The notes beneath the pieces are model-generated. The model made no database searches, had not been told where the DNA came from, and saw only the letters and a program-made list of their open reading frames with translations. 64,000 nucleotides of DNA from assembly GCF_963921235.1 (NCBI RefSeq), contig NC_086097.1:38876001-38940000 (forward strand), given 5' to 3'. Each line of letters begins with the position of its first letter. Position 1 is the first letter of the stretch. The translations under genes and the position numbers were made by a program. Source of the stretch: Mobula hypostoma (lineage: Eukaryota). Below, in pieces: positions 39,911 to 54,137 of this stretch.

Positions 39911-41211
39911 GCAAAAATACAAATTGAAACCAAGCTAAAAGGGGTAGGTTTACAGTTGCAGAGATGTAAAATGAGGCACTTTATGGTGGAGAATGCCTTA
40001 AAAAGGTAGTCAGGAATTGTATTCCAAAGTGCTGTTTGTGGAGACAGGACTAACAATTTTGCATGAACGAGTTTAAGGATGTGGAACCTGGATTAGGTAT
40101 AATGAGGTTAGAGGATGACTTCAGCAGCAGATGGTGGCAACGAGGTAGAGATCAAGAGTAGAGTGGGATCAACATTTCAGGATTGAATAGGATACATAGT
40201 GTTTGCAATCTTTGAATAAATCCAAGTGCTTAAAGGAGTAACATTTGAAAGTTCTTAGGTTGATAATGAGCGAAAGAGAAAAAATATAGTTTACTGAGAG
40301 TTAGCTCAGCACATACATGTCTGTATATATTCATTTGTAGTGTAGACACTACTGGTATTTATTGACCCTTCCTAATTACAAGATTCAGATGAGATGAGCA
40401 ACAGGTATTCCTACTTGAAGGACATTAGGGAATCAGATTGACTTCCAATTCTGACCCACCCACTTCCACCCTCCAAATGACCCAGTAGTTTTACACTTAT
40501 TGGTGCTAGTTATAAATTCCAGATTTAATTGTGAATTTTTTAAGTTCCCTAGATGCCATAGCAAGGTTTAAACTCTGCCTTCCACTCAATGGGCCAGATA
40601 ATATAGTCTAGTCTTAGAGATGATAGTCTTAAGAGCTCAATCAGTAAGGTACTGAGTGACTTTCACAACTCAATGTCTGTAAGTGTCTATTGACAAATAT
40701 AAAGTTAAAACCCAAGCGCCTCATTAAATAAGGCATAGTTTGTAGTTGGCTGGATGTTGAACAGTAGTGACCTTGCATTTGCAAAACATAGTGGTACAGC
40801 TAGATGCTCAGGCATGCATACCCTGGCTGTTGGCTGTGCTATCCACAACACAGGTCCAAAGTAAATTGGAGGGGAATTTCCATCAGAAATCATGTTACTT
40901 AATGTTAGTAGCTAAGAAATTATTTTCCATCAAGTCTAAGTAGATATTAAGCAATCTGCTGGAGGAACTTGACAGGTTGAACAGTATCTGTTGTGGAAAG
41001 GGGAAAAGGAATTGTTGACATTTCAGGTTGAAACTTGCATCGGGATTAATGAAAAGGGGAAACAGCCAATTCTCAAAAAAGGAATTCAGCCATCTGTACC
41101 AGCATCTGCAATCTCATCTACCAGGTACAAAATGTTAATCTAGAGGTGGCAACCAGCCACACTAAAAGTAGAAAGGAAATATTGCAAGACACCACTTTTC
41201 AGATTTAAAGA

Positions 41212-41217
41212 TTTATT
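41212..41217 (-). terminator. Candidate distal poly(A) signal of KLHL28
   Basis: AATAAA on - followed by a GU/U-rich tract, at the edge of a ~3.7-kb block with no recognisable repeats. Confidence 0.45.
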
Positions 41218-44200
41218 TTGTAAACCATGAAATACTGTAACAGACAGTATTTGACACAGCAGTACCACAAGCATGTAAAATCTGGACACTGCTTTAAGAA
41301 AAAACCAAACTCAAGTGGTGTGAAAACAGTCCTTTAGCACTTTTACTTTGTAGCAAATGACACCAAAAAGCAGGCAAGATGTTTCTCATGTTTGAAGTGT
41401 AAGACTGATGTTTTCAGATACAGAGCATACAACCATACAAACTAACATTTAACCATTTATAATGATGTCATTCCCTCAAGTCAAAAAACAAATAGGTCTT
41501 TTACCTGTTTATTTACAAAGTTTAGAGTCACATTTTATTAAAAATGAAGCAGTCTGGATTTAAAGGTTAGTACTGGATTGAAAGGCAGGTAGATAAAATC
41601 CAGTTCAGTATCAAGTTAAAAGTTAAGGCAAGCTATGAAATCAGTAATGACTATAGACCTGCCCATGTCCCCCATCAGTTCAATAATTTACATTTTCAAA
41701 ACTTTCATAATCCAGTGTTGTTGATCACTATTAACAATGTTAACTTAGGCCATTCATTCAAAGTTTAAAATCCTATGTTTTAAATTTCATTAAGACATTT
41801 AGGGATGAATACAAAATGTGGCTCAAATATGTTAAGTCAATGGGGCAAATTTAGTTTTGGTGAATATAGGGGCAGAAATATTTACCTACCCAAGTTGTCA
41901 CCAACTTCCGAATGAAGTCTAATTGCAATTAGATTAGCAAAATAAATCAAAGTCTCTTAAAACATCTTTACAGTTTATTTGCATGCAAGTCTCTCAATGT
42001 GCAGAGCACAGAAACATCAGTTTCCACATCCAACTTCAGCAAAATATCTTTCACAATAAGTTAAAGCCAAGTAGATCAAAATCATTAAAACTTTGTTTTT
42101 GTACTTTATAATAGTATTCCAGCTGTGGTATTCAAATACACCATGTATCTTCTGGCGAAAGGGGAAGTCGTCCAATTGACAGGAGATGGGCAATGTGGAT
42201 AGCAAAAAATGATCAAATCATTAATTCCAGAAATACCATTTATGGTCAATATAAATCATGTATTACAACATTTCATAGTAAGTGCTCATTTTTACACTTG
42301 TAATCAAGTGACTACTGAAAATTCTGTGCAAATTTAACTAGACAATATAGAAGAGTATGACACAGAAAAATAAATGCCTTTTACAAAAATAGTATGGGAT
42401 AAAGATGCTGCAAAAGACAAATCACTTTGTCCCACATCATCAGGTTACCTATATAGATCTTCTTTCTTCTACTAGACATGCAAAGAAAAACTTTAAATGA
42501 AAGTTTCCAAGTTGCATTTTAAATATGTCAAATGCCAGTTCCTACTATTTTGCCAGAATTTTTGAATTTTGTCACAACTTGAAATAACTAAACAAGTGCA
42601 TAATAGGCAAAACGTGTACACGGACAAACACTCCCTATTTGCAGTGAATGGAGGCCAAATATTTCACTTGCCACTAACTAGATCCAAGTTTTCATTACTA
42701 TGGATGAAACCAATATTTGACATGCTTTGTATCAAATATATTTTTATAAAGATTCTTAAAATTAACAAAATAATTGTCCAAAACAAGGTTATAATTTTAT
42801 CAGATGCCACTGACGGTAGTTATTGCTGTGACATTAGTTACTGCCATCAAGATAAACACTTGTGCTACTAAACCAGTAGGACCTGTGTAGTTTGCCATGC
42901 CTTTGGGACTAGGTTGTTTCAGTGGACTTTGCTAATTTTTATTTTAATGTAGATTAAATCATGCCATTATTTAAATAAAGAAATACACATTATGTTCTAC
43001 TTGTACTTTGAAATATGGAAGTTTATAGAGGATGGAATTTCATTCTACATACGGAACACCACAAATGTTACATTTTACTGACAAGTGGTATATTAAGAGC
43101 ACAATAATTCTGTAAATCAACCCACCCATAAGTATAAATTACACTTAATAAAAAAGCCATATAAAAATGTTATTGCACCATTTTATTCCAACAAACGCAT
43201 GTAGCTTTCATCATCAAGATCCAGAAACTTTTAGGTTAGGATAGATACTAAGTAGCACACACAATGATAAAGCCCAATCTGAAGCACTAATGCAAGTGCA
43301 CAGACACATGTCCATGCAACCACCAAAATGCACAACTATTTACTCTACCAATCTAAAACAAAATGTACACTTTACCAAGCACACGTACAAACTTGTGTTG
43401 GTACTTTGCTAATCTGGTCTAAACATACTAATTATAGCTTCAATCAAGTCAAAAAGAACCTTTGTTTAACTGATTGTTAATTCAAACTTTGCTACAATTA
43501 CACATTTTTTGCACATTTTAGGTGCAGAAAAAACTGCAGTTTTATTGGGAGATTATATTTGTAATACTTTGAAAAAGTGCATATGGAAATCATTTTGGAC
43601 GTTTATATTAATTGAACAAAGTTGTCTACGTTAATGTCACGTAACATACAGAAAAACAGTATCTGCAAAGTACATTAAAAACTTACAAAACAAACATGTT
43701 TGGCAACCAATATTTTTAAAAAACAAATTCAAGGTCTTTGAATGGACCAGAATTAGGGAAAAACATGCATAATGAGAGGCAGTTGAAGATGAATTATTTA
43801 GGTTTGCAGTGTTGAACAAATTAGCAAGGTTAGGGTTTTAGAAACTGAAAGTTAAATTAACTTTTCACTCCAGCTATGCTTGCTCAGTGGTATGAGAGAC
43901 CTACTCAAAAATGATGGTAGTTAAAAAAAATCAATTTACAGGACATTTACAACAAATATGTATGTAACATCGTGTGTTGCTTGTAACATCTATGTCCTGA
44001 ATTTTAGGATAGCACCAAGTACTAAGTTTCTCTGAACAGCAGCTGTTAGAATATTAATACAGGAATACACAGATAAACTTAACACCTGCAATTGGAGCTG
44101 AATAACATGGCAAATATACAAATATTTTTTAAAAATCAGTACTGTTTAAAATATCACGCTATATTCACAGAGTCCATTAACTATCCGATTCAGACATAAT

Positions 44201-44938
44201 ATTCCTATGTGAATATAGGTTTGTAACAATGGAAATTCATAACTTCCAAAACATTAAACCATGAAAAGTACAATTGCAGTTGCACAGGTAACCCAATTAA
44301 GATTCTTTTTTTAGATGTATATTGTTTCACTTTGAATAAAACCAGATCAAATATTAAATATTGCTAAGTGACCTTATCATTCAGATGGAAGATTGCTAAA
44401 AGAAGCAAAATATACACAATATTAATAGCATGTCATCAGATCTACAAATTACATAAACCACACTGCATAATACAAGCAAAGAGGAAGTTGAAGTTGTATT
44501 CAAAAACTTGTGACAGATATGACAAGGCAGCCCTTAAAGTTTTTATGTAACTCACAGGTGTTTTGAAAAAATGGACAAAACAGCAATGGACTCAGGTTGA
44601 AAGGGCTTTGAATTTGTGCAATTCATTACAATTAAAATGAGGGTGGGTGGAGGCAACAATTACTTAAAATGGAGGGGAATGTTAATAAGTTAGAAATGCT
44701 AGGGCTCTTTTAGCCCTGGCTATTTCAGGCATCAGTTTATCTTCCCCATAGCACAAGATCATACAATATAACCAATTTGATTAAAAACAATACTTTCTGC
44801 AAAGTAAATACCAACAGTAGCAGCCAAGATTCTCAGTGAAACCTGAAAGATTGTGTATCTCCTCAATCTCAGCACAGTTGGTCATCTTGTCATGCAGGAT
44901 TTGTTACCACGGTAAATTCTTCATAAGTCAAAGCACGA

Positions 44939-45102
44939 TCAAAATGCAGCCAGCCCAAAGTTGCACCGACATGATAACATACCAGTAGAATCTGACCAAG
45001 TATCCAGGGTTGGGTCATACCTCTGTACCATGTTCAGGTACGATGACCCTGAATGACCTCCCACCACATAGAGGTAATTATCTACAATGGCCGCACCAAC
45101 TC
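44939..45102 (-). CDS. KLHL28: KLHL28 last coding exon
   Basis: ttgacag|GA; VGAAIVDNYLYVVGGHSGSSYLNMVQRYDP..CRCNFGLAAF*; joined CDS 1716 nt = 571 aa. Confidence 0.93.
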
Positions 45103-45245
45103 CTGTCAAGGGGAGAAAGATGACATTTTATTTAAAAGGATTTCAAAAATATTGTACATTGAAAAGCTCAAAATGAATCTAACAAAATCATTTTAAGACT
45201 ATACAATTACAAATCGCCTCAGTAAAAAGACTTTCCAAGATTTAC

Positions 45246-45454
45246 CTGTTCTTGGATCATTCATTGGTCTACACAAAGTCCACTGATTTTGATGGGGTTC
45301 ATATCTCTCAACACTTTGCAAGTGTGATACACCATTGTGTCCACCAACAACAAAGATGAATCCAAGCATTGCACCAACGCCAAAGTTAATTCTTTTATCA
45401 GCCATTGGAGCTACCATCTCCCAGGAATCTTTGCTTGGATCATAACGCTCCACA
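45246..45454 (-). CDS. KLHL28: KLHL28 coding exon 3 (kelch repeats)
   Basis: VERYDPSKDSWEMVAPM..FVVGGHNGVSHL..PRT; AG/GT sites and phases consistent. Confidence 0.93.
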
Positions 45455-45916
45455 CTATTTTCATGCACAAAAAAGTAAAATGACAGATTAAGCTCACTTA
45501 AACAAGCAATTATAATAAAAACAAACTGATGTCAATAACCAACATGAAGTTCTCTTCACGCATTTCAACAGTTTGACTACTATAAACTTACATTTTCACC
45601 AACATTTTTCAAACAAATGGCACTATGATTACAAACTTTTGATTCCTTTATTAATATTTTTTCACATTTCCTGCTCTGAAAAAAGTGACCAAAGCTTACC
45701 TGCTTTCAAAAGGAGCCAGATTCAACCCATTTAACAAAAGTTATTTGACTGTAGTATATTAGATCCCTTTGTTTGATGCAAGGATTAACCTCACATTGAT
45801 GAGAGAAATAAATTATAATTTTATGACAAAATTAACATTCCTATTAGAAAATTCAAAATGGGCAATGGTGTCCAGTGAAACTATATATAACTTTCCAGAA
45901 TACTCAGTTTATATAA

Positions 45917-46690
45917 CACTGGATAACAAAAATTTTGTTTCCTGAATACTTTTGGGTCTATTTTATGGATTTTGGGCTGCTGATAATGAAAATTATCATG
46001 AAATTTTCCTATCATGCACCATTTTTAAAAATTCACCTATAGTTGTTAACTTATTTCATAATTTGAGTAAGAATAACTGATGCCAAGATTCAGGAAGGCA
46101 CAAATCCATTGATGACAGGCAATTCGAAGAAACTCTGTGGGACCGGAGAAAACTGCATGGAAGGCATTCAAGGATGTTGTTGAAATTTTTCTTGGCGGTA
46201 ACAGAGCCCCAAAGTACACACAGCTAACTGGTTGACAACATGCTTCAAACATACAAAACCATGAAGAGCAACATGTCACTAAAGATTAATTTTCTGCATT
46301 CCCATTTAGACTTCTTCCCTGCAGATCTTGGCACAGTGCTGAGCATGGTGGAATGTTTCACCAGGACACTGCAGTCATGGAGAAACAGTATCAGAGCAAC
46401 TGGAATCCATCAATGCTGGCTGATTATTGTTGTACACTTAAGCAAGAAGGCTCAGACACAGAGCATAAATGAAAATCATCAACAAAACATTTTAAGCTTA
46501 GATGAACTACTGCAAAGCATCAGCACCATTATGCAATTAAATGTATTATATTCAAAAGTTAATTACTTGTGTCTCCAAATTCCTATGTGATACAAATAGT
46601 CTGAAATTATATTTGTGTTCAGCTTCCAGCGGTCTATCATAAACAAAAAATTTCTGAAGAAGCAGTATTTTCAAAAAAAATTGTTTCGTG
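45917..46690 (+). mobile_element. Chapaev3 (CMC superfamily) internally deleted DNA transposon
   Basis: CAC...GTG ends with TAA TSD; transposase remnant MSLKINFLHSHLDFFP and (frameshifted) FHQD..MEKQYQSNWNPSMLADYC. Confidence 0.75.
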
Positions 46691-47240
46691 TAATTAAAAC
46701 AGATGTGGAAGGAAATTACATTCTAACGTAAACAAAAATTCAAATTGGGATTTAATTTTATTAAATACTGTTCAATTAATTCTGACAATGGCAATTTGCT
46801 AATTAGAAAGGATAATTAATTTGACAGAAAAGTTGGATACTGCATCAACAAATGTATTGGTCCAAGAAACCAGCAGTTTCTCCCCCTCCTCCCCCACCCA
46901 AAAAAAAGCAATACCTGGATATGATCTTAAGCCTTTAATACTTTCTGTTCGTAGTTAAAATGTTGCATCAAATTTCTGAAAAATGTCACAAATGGTTAGA
47001 CTACATAAATGTGACACGAAAAGGTGTCTCTAAGGACACAAGTTAAGTGAATGGGGAAAAATCTGGCAAATAGCATGCAGTGTTGGAAAATGTAAAGTTG
47101 ATTATTGTTAGCACAAAACATAAAATTTGAAGGATGAGAGACTACAAAGGTATTAAGTCCAGAGGGACTTCGGTGTCCCATGGCATGATTTGCCAAAGGT
47201 ACAAGTAGTAATTAGTCAAACCAAAAAACTAATCATTGCT

Positions 47241-47431
47241 AACAACAGGAATTCTGCAGATGCTGGAAATTCAAGCAACACACATCAAAGTTGCTGGTGA
47301 ACGCAGATCTCTTACTAACTCTTCCTTCAGTTAGTCCTGATGAAGGGTCTCGGCCTGAAACGTCGACTGTACCTCTTCCTAGAGATGCTGCCTGGCCTGC
47401 TGCGTTCACCAGCAACTTTGATGTGTGTTGC
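47241..47431. mobile_element. Minimal inverted Penelope-like insertion carrying a hammerhead motif
   Basis: 14-bp TSD AACTAATCATTGCT (47227-47240, 47432-47445); inverted terminal arms. Confidence 0.85.
47333..47368 (+). ncRNA. Minimal type I hammerhead ribozyme (PLE-associated)
   Basis: agtc-CTGATGA-agg(gtctcgg)cct-GAAAC-GTC-gact: full core, stems I and II, palindromic stem III, GUC cleavage site. Confidence 0.8.
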
Positions 47432-48251
47432 AACTAATCATTGCTGCAATGTTTCAATGCAATTCTGAGGGCTGAGTACTTTTGCACCTCTGCTTTAAAA
47501 AATATTCATAAAACTCTTATTCTCATACAAGCAATAGAGGCAGACGAAGATTGATTCTTGATAAGGGAATGAATAGTGTCCAGGGGTAGGCAGTAATGCC
47601 ATGTTACAGTATGAATTATCATATTGAAAGGCAGAATTAGTTCGAGGGTGCCCTACTTTAGCTAATTTTTATGTTCTTACTCAAGCAAAAGACCAAGTTC
47701 AAACTAAATTTATTATCGAAGTACATGTATATCACCATGTACAACCCTGAGATTAATTTTCTTACAAGTATACTGAATAAATCCAATAACCATAATAGAA
47801 TCAATGAAAGTCCACACTAACAGGGTGGACAACCAGTGTGCAAAAGATAACATACTGCAAATACAAAAAGAAACAAAACATTAAAACCATTCTTATTGAC
47901 TATCCATGGAAAGACAATTTCATAAAGGACAGAATACAGACAGCAAAATCTGGAGATTCTATTATGAGCCAAAGTGAAGTTAAATTTACTTCAACCAGGG
48001 AAATGAGGGCAAAGAAAAAATACACAAATTAGAATTTTCATTCTTGCTCACTTTCTAGAGGAATGTAGAAGCTTTCATGACATTTAACCAACCAATAAAA
48101 GGACTCCTCGCCAAGAATAATTTGTGGTCAACAGTCACATATATATAATCACCAACAGGGTCCATACAGAGTTGCCAGAAACAATAGAACTCATAATACA
48201 TTAGGCAAACAAAACTGTGGAACAGAGGTTTTGATTGAATGAATGAAAATA

Positions 48252-49779
48252 CAGTGCCTATAAAAAGCCTTCATACCCCTTGGAAGTTTTCGTGTTTTAT
48301 TGTTTTACAACATTGAATTACAATGGATTTAATTTTTTTTTGCCACTGATCAACAGAAAAAGACTCTGTTGTATCAATGTGAAAACAGATCTTTACAAAG
48401 TAATCTAAATTAATCAAATATAAAAAACAAAATAATTGATTGCGTAAGTACTCACACCCTTCAAGTCAGTATTTAGTAGATGCACGCTTGGCAGCAATTA
48501 CAGCCTTGAGTCTGTGTGGATAAGTCTATCAGTTTTGCACATCTGGACACTGCAAATTTTTCCCCATTCTTCACAAAACTGCTCAAGCTCTGTCAGATTG
48601 CACGGGGATTGTGAGTGGACAGCCCTTTTCAAGCCCAGCCACAAATTCTCAATTGGATTGAGGTCTGGACGCTGACTTGGCCACTCCAGGAGATTAACTC
48701 TGTCGTTTTTAAGCCATTCCTGTGTAGCTTTGACTTTATGCTTGGGGTCATTATCTTGCTGGAAAACAAATCTTCAAATCTTCTCCCAAGTTGCAGTTCC
48801 CTTGCAGACTGCATCAGGTTTTCCTCCAGGATTTCCTTGTATTTTGCTGTAATCATTTTACCCTCTTCTTTCACAAGCCTTCCAGGGCCTGCTGCAGTGA
48901 AGCATCCCCACAGCATGATGCAGCCATTACCATGCTTTACGGTAGGGATGGTGTGTTTTTGATGATGTGCGATGTTTTGGCTTATGCCAAAGATAGTATT
49001 TAGTCTGATGACCAAAGAGGTCAATTTTGGTTTAATCAGACCATAGAAAATGTCTTCCAGTTAACTTCAGAGTCTCCCACATGCTTGCTGGCAAACTGTA
49101 GCTGAGATTTCATGTGAGTCCCCCCCCCCCCACCAATAGTGGTTTTCTTTTTGCCAGTCTCCCATAAAGCTGCGACTGGTGAAGCACCTGGGCAACAGTT
49201 GATTTGGTGTGTCATACTAAAGGGGGTGAATACTAATACAATCATTTATTTTGTTTTCTATTTGTGATTAATTTAGATCACTTTGTAGAGATCTAGAAAC
49301 ATAGAAAACCTACAGTATAATACAGGCCCTTCGGCCCACGAAGCTGTGTCGAACTTGTCCTTACCTTTGAACTACCTAGGCTTACCCGTAGCCCCCCATT
49401 TTTCTAAGCTCAATGTATCCCATCCAGGAGTCTCTTAAAAGACCCTATTGTTTCCGCCTCCACCAGCAGCCCATTCCACGCACTCACCACCCTCTGCGTA
49501 AAAAACAAACCCAATAGCTCCTCTGTACCTACTTCCAAGCACCTTAAAAATATGCCCTCTTGTGCTAGCCATTTCAGCCCTGGGAAAAAGCCTCTGACTA
49601 TCCACACGATCAATGCCTCTCATTATATTGTATACCCCTGCTTTCACTTTGACACGGAAGTGTCTTTTTCTGTTGATCAGTGTCAAAAAATCCAAATTAA
49701 ATCCACTGTGATTCAATGCTATAAAACAATAAAATATGAAAACTTCCGGGGGGGGGAGGAACACTTTTTATAGGCACTG
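48252..49779 (-). mobile_element. Tc1-like DNA transposon, decayed, with CR1 3' fragment inserted (~49294-49637)
   Basis: TA-flanked long TIRs CAGTGCCTATAAAAAG; transposase PTVKHGNGCIMLWGCF. Confidence 0.9.
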
Positions 49780-49880
49780 TATACATTTTAAATCTTTACT
49801 ATTTATCCCCAACAAATATAAATTTACCATTTTATTTCCAAGACTATATTTTTTGTGTTATAAAGATTATACTGTATTAC

Positions 49881-50324
49881 CTGTTCATGTGGGCAGGACC
49901 ATATCCTCCTATAGCATATATCATTCCATCCAAAACTGCAGCTGCAAAACAACTTCGGCTTTTCAACATAGGTGCAACAGGCTGCCATTTTTTGATTTTA
50001 GGAATGTATTTTTCCACAGACTGCAAATAATTTTCTCCATCATAACCACCTAATGCATAGAGTTCACCGGCTAAAACAGACACTCCAAGAGTGCTTCGGC
50101 ATTCATTCATTCGTTCTACTGATGTCCATTTGTTGGTCTCTGGATTCCAACCTTCCACCAAATTCTCATGCTTTCGATAATTGATTCCTTGTTGAATATG
50201 GGTTGCAATTCCTCCTACCACATAAAGTTTTTGATCAACAACAGCAACTCCGCACTCATAACGTGGGCTACTGAGTGGTGCCAGACCTGTCCAGGAGTCT
50301 GTCTGAGGGAAATACATTTCCACA
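49881..50324 (-). CDS. KLHL28: KLHL28 coding exon 2 (kelch repeats)
   Basis: ttgcag|T VEMYFPQTDSW..LYVVGG..LYALGGYDG..IYAIGGYGPAHMN AG|GTAAT. Confidence 0.94.
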
Positions 50325-50708
50325 CTGCAAAAGGGATATAAAGACTCATTAGACATGTTTATAGTAACATTATTCTGTGTTGTAAGGACTATAATTTCAG
50401 CAAGGGCAAGCTTTCCTTCACTTCATACAGCTACATAAATTTGAGTCTCAAAGTTAGTATTTTTTAAGCTTTAAAGTGCTTAGTATTTTTCTGTCAAAAA
50501 AAATTCTGCCTGTTACAACACTTTGTTTTCAAACAGCTGGTCAACCAAAGAAACATCCTTTAAGGTGTATTAATAGTGAAATATAGCTGAGCTTCATTTA
50601 AATTTAATTGCTAATACTGATTAGTAGTAGAGAGTTATTTTTCAAATACAAGAATTCCCAAAATGTTCCCAGGTAAAAATAAAGCCCATCAATTACACAT
50701 CCCCCTCA

Positions 50709-51424
50709 GGCCAATTTATAGGCCAATTTATACTTCCGCGTCAAATCTACACCGTAGCCGCATACCCTACGCCGTACCCTGACGCATACCTCCCCAAAAA
50801 TGTAACTACGTGTCGGGGCAACGCAGACCACAACAACTGTGATTGGTCTGCTTGGTAGCCTCGCATTTCCTCCTACGCTGCAATAGCTTCCCATTGGGCA
50901 ACTGAAGGGCAGGGAAGGAACTCTGGCCACAATGCTTTCCATAAAGCTTTACAGACCTCCAAAATTATGGAGGACCGTGCTTGACGCCAGTTTGTAGCTA
51001 GCTGCTACAGCCTGTTGACTTCCACCTGAAGCTAAAACTCGAATGGTGATTGCCAGTTTCTGAGTATACTGTGCGTACACTGATGCAAAATAAATGGTTG
51101 GAGACGATGAACCAAATCATCAAACCTACCTGCCGACATCCAAGAATATTTGAAATACACTTCCTCGCCCATGTCTCTCAGTGGCTAGACAAGCACAGAA
51201 AATTCACCCTCCTTCAGTTTCAGTCGCCATTGTTTAAAGTTTGAGTTTCTTCGTGTTGAGTTTCAATACGAAGAATCTCAACACGGTGGCATAGAAACCC
51301 CACCGCCAACTAGCATTTTGGTAGTGAATTGCAGAGCGACGCAGACACACCAATGCACAAGTATAAATGCTCACAACGGCATAGGCCACTTGCGTAGACT
51401 ACTACGCAGAAGTATAAAACAGCC
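50709..51424. mobile_element. PIF/Harbinger-like non-autonomous element
   Basis: TIRs GGCCAATTTATACTTCCGCGT / ACGCAGAAGTATAAAACAGCC; left end has a 12-bp tandem duplication; CpG-rich. Confidence 0.6.
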
Positions 51425-52560
51425 TTACGCTCCATTTGTATGAACTGTTCATAATCTGAACAGTTTGCAAATCAGAAATACAGCCATGAGTTCTCACTTG
51501 ATAGATGTCTGAAGCCCTGCAGCAGCCAGCAAAATCTGTTCTGCCAAACTCCTAAATGCTTGGTTGCATGTACGGACTGTACATAAGTTGGGCATTTGCA
51601 CGATGGAAAGTACATGGCTCATCACTAACCAAGACACACAGCATCCAACTATTTCCATCAACAACACTTAAGTTCTCTTTTGAACCAAGTCAATGGAATT
51701 ATGTCATGTGAGAGACTTAAAGGGCTCTACTTTGTGCTTTGCCAAAAAACACTCATATCAATACTTTTTAGATGAGTGACTACATTAAATTGGCAGATAT
51801 CCAAATAACTCAAAATGGTTTTTAAGTCAAGCAAGCTGGTAGGTTTACTGCCCCTACTGTGTAGGTGTGTGATAAAATCTGAGGGAAGTGATGAGAAGGT
51901 GCTGCGAATAAAAAATGGGATCAATATAGGATTAATATAAATGGGTGATGGATGGTTGGCAGGAACTTGGTGAACCAAAAGGCCTGGTTCTGTACTGCAT
52001 GGCTCTGTGGCAAAACATTGAAGTCACATTTTACTTACTTTCAAGGTTATATATCCTAGGTTTCCAAGGCAACTCATTTCAAAATAAGATCAACCACCTT
52101 TTAGTTAAATGTAAAAATAATTCCAAAAAAGCCAACTTCTTTGTTGTATTCAACCTATACTTTGACCAAAGCATTATTCAACTTAAGTAAAACTTTCCTC
52201 CAACTTATGGCGTACTTTTTGGTTATCAATAAACTTATACTAAAACTGCAAAATCTCTTGGATCGTCAAATATAGACAACTTGTAGCTTAATTCATGCAA
52301 ATCAGAATTCCAACATCTGGCTTCAGCTCAAATTTTAGAAATAACCTTCTGATTCATAAATAAATTAAAAATTTAAATGTTATATGTCCCAAAATGCATC
52401 CTATATCCAGAGGCTGGTTAATAAGCTAGTCCTTACCAAACAACATTTATCAACACACCTCAATGAAGACATACAAGATAGTTCATGATCTTAATTTAAA
52501 ACAGTTAGAGAAGAGGCAGTCAAACAGCTACATAAGAATATCCCAGATACCAGTCAAATA

Positions 52561-53204
52561 CAGTGGATTCCAGTTAATTGGGTCAACAATTAATTGGAGC
52601 AGCCGTTTATTTGGAACAACTCTTAAAGAACAAAAACTATTCAACAAAGTAGCTGGGATTCCCTTTGCTTATTTGGGATATTATGCCATTTAATTGGAGC
52701 AAGAAACTGTTGCTGAACAGTTTCTAACCAGTGTTAGTCATGTGCTCTTGCATGGCCATTAGACACTACACCATGCATCGAGTGTACAGTTTTTAAATAG
52801 CATCAGTTGCATGAGTTTGTGTTCAAAAAGCAGGTGATTTTTGTCACTGATAGCTGCTGAGAAATAAGCTGCAAGACAATTCAGAACTGTTCTGTTCATT
52901 GTGCTTTCAAGCACTTAGGACTGGAGATGCCAGAAACAGCGGGGAGCTTAAAGGAAGAATTTGAAGGTATCGAATTCTCCGTAGTTTCTAATTTGAAGTA
53001 ACATCTTGAATGTTACAATGAAAATGAAGATCTGGGGGATGGAACCATCAACAGTATGTATGAAAGCAGTCAATCTGCATTAGATGTCTACGCTGATTTT
53101 TTTTTTATATATACCTTTTAAACTATTTTCATGAAAGTTCAGCTAATTGGGGCAGCTGCTTAATTGGCCAAAATGTATTGGTCCCAATTAATCAGAAAGC
53201 ACTG
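52561..53204. mobile_element. Tigger/pogo-like MITE
   Basis: TA-flanked TIRs CAGTGGATTCCAGTTAATTGGG / CCCAATTAATCAGAAAGCACTG. Confidence 0.7.
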
Positions 53205-54137
53205 TATTTGACAAAATGATTCTGTTGGCATGCATTTTAAAAGCTAAAAGGAACGCTACTCACAGTAATAACATTTCTGCAAGTTCAAGAATCTGTAAGC
53301 AATAAACCTAATAAGGATCAGTTTCAAGAAACTGCATTCTACAAATGGATACACTTCCATTTATTGCACCTGTGCTTCTCCAATAGCAAACAAAATTTTT
53401 CCTGATCAGAGTGACGAGACTGGACTCTTAATCCATGAACCAAAGGAATTAAATAAAGTTTTCCCCCGGTTGGACCTCTATAGTGAAATCAGATATCAAT
53501 TTCAAGCAAATTGGTACTCAAAAGGTTGTGGTTTTTTGCTAGAAAGCACAAATTAAAAAGCAATGCCTAATATAGTTTGCAAAATAACCAAGACCTAACC
53601 TTAAATTAATTAATCCAAATTCTTCACACTATAAAAGCTTGGATTCTGTTTTTGTTCCCCCGCCGCCCACCGTCAACAGTCAGATATATACATTCCACTA
53701 CCAATATATTGATGTGCACAGAGCTGTCAGTCATTTAGTTCAATTATATACCTACAGCAAGAAAACAGGCTCTTTGGCTCAACTGGTTCCTGTCAACTTA
53801 GGTACCACATCCAAGTTAGTCCCACAACTGACAACTGTGTTTTAGCAGAATCTCAGATGAGGTGCTGTACAAGAGTGTGATAGATCAGCTAGTTAAATGG
53901 TGTCACAACAACAATCTTGCACTCCGTGTCAGTGAGAGCAAGGAACTAACTGACTTAACTTCAAGATAGGGAAGTCATGAGTTTCCTGGTCAGTCTCCTG
54001 CCTATCATGTCTATTCAATCTGCCATCACTGATTACTGCAAACAACAGGAATTCTGCAGATGCTGGAAATTCAAGCAACACACATAAAAGTTGCTGGTGA
54101 ACGCAGCAGGCCAGGCAGCATCTCTAGGAAGAGATGC

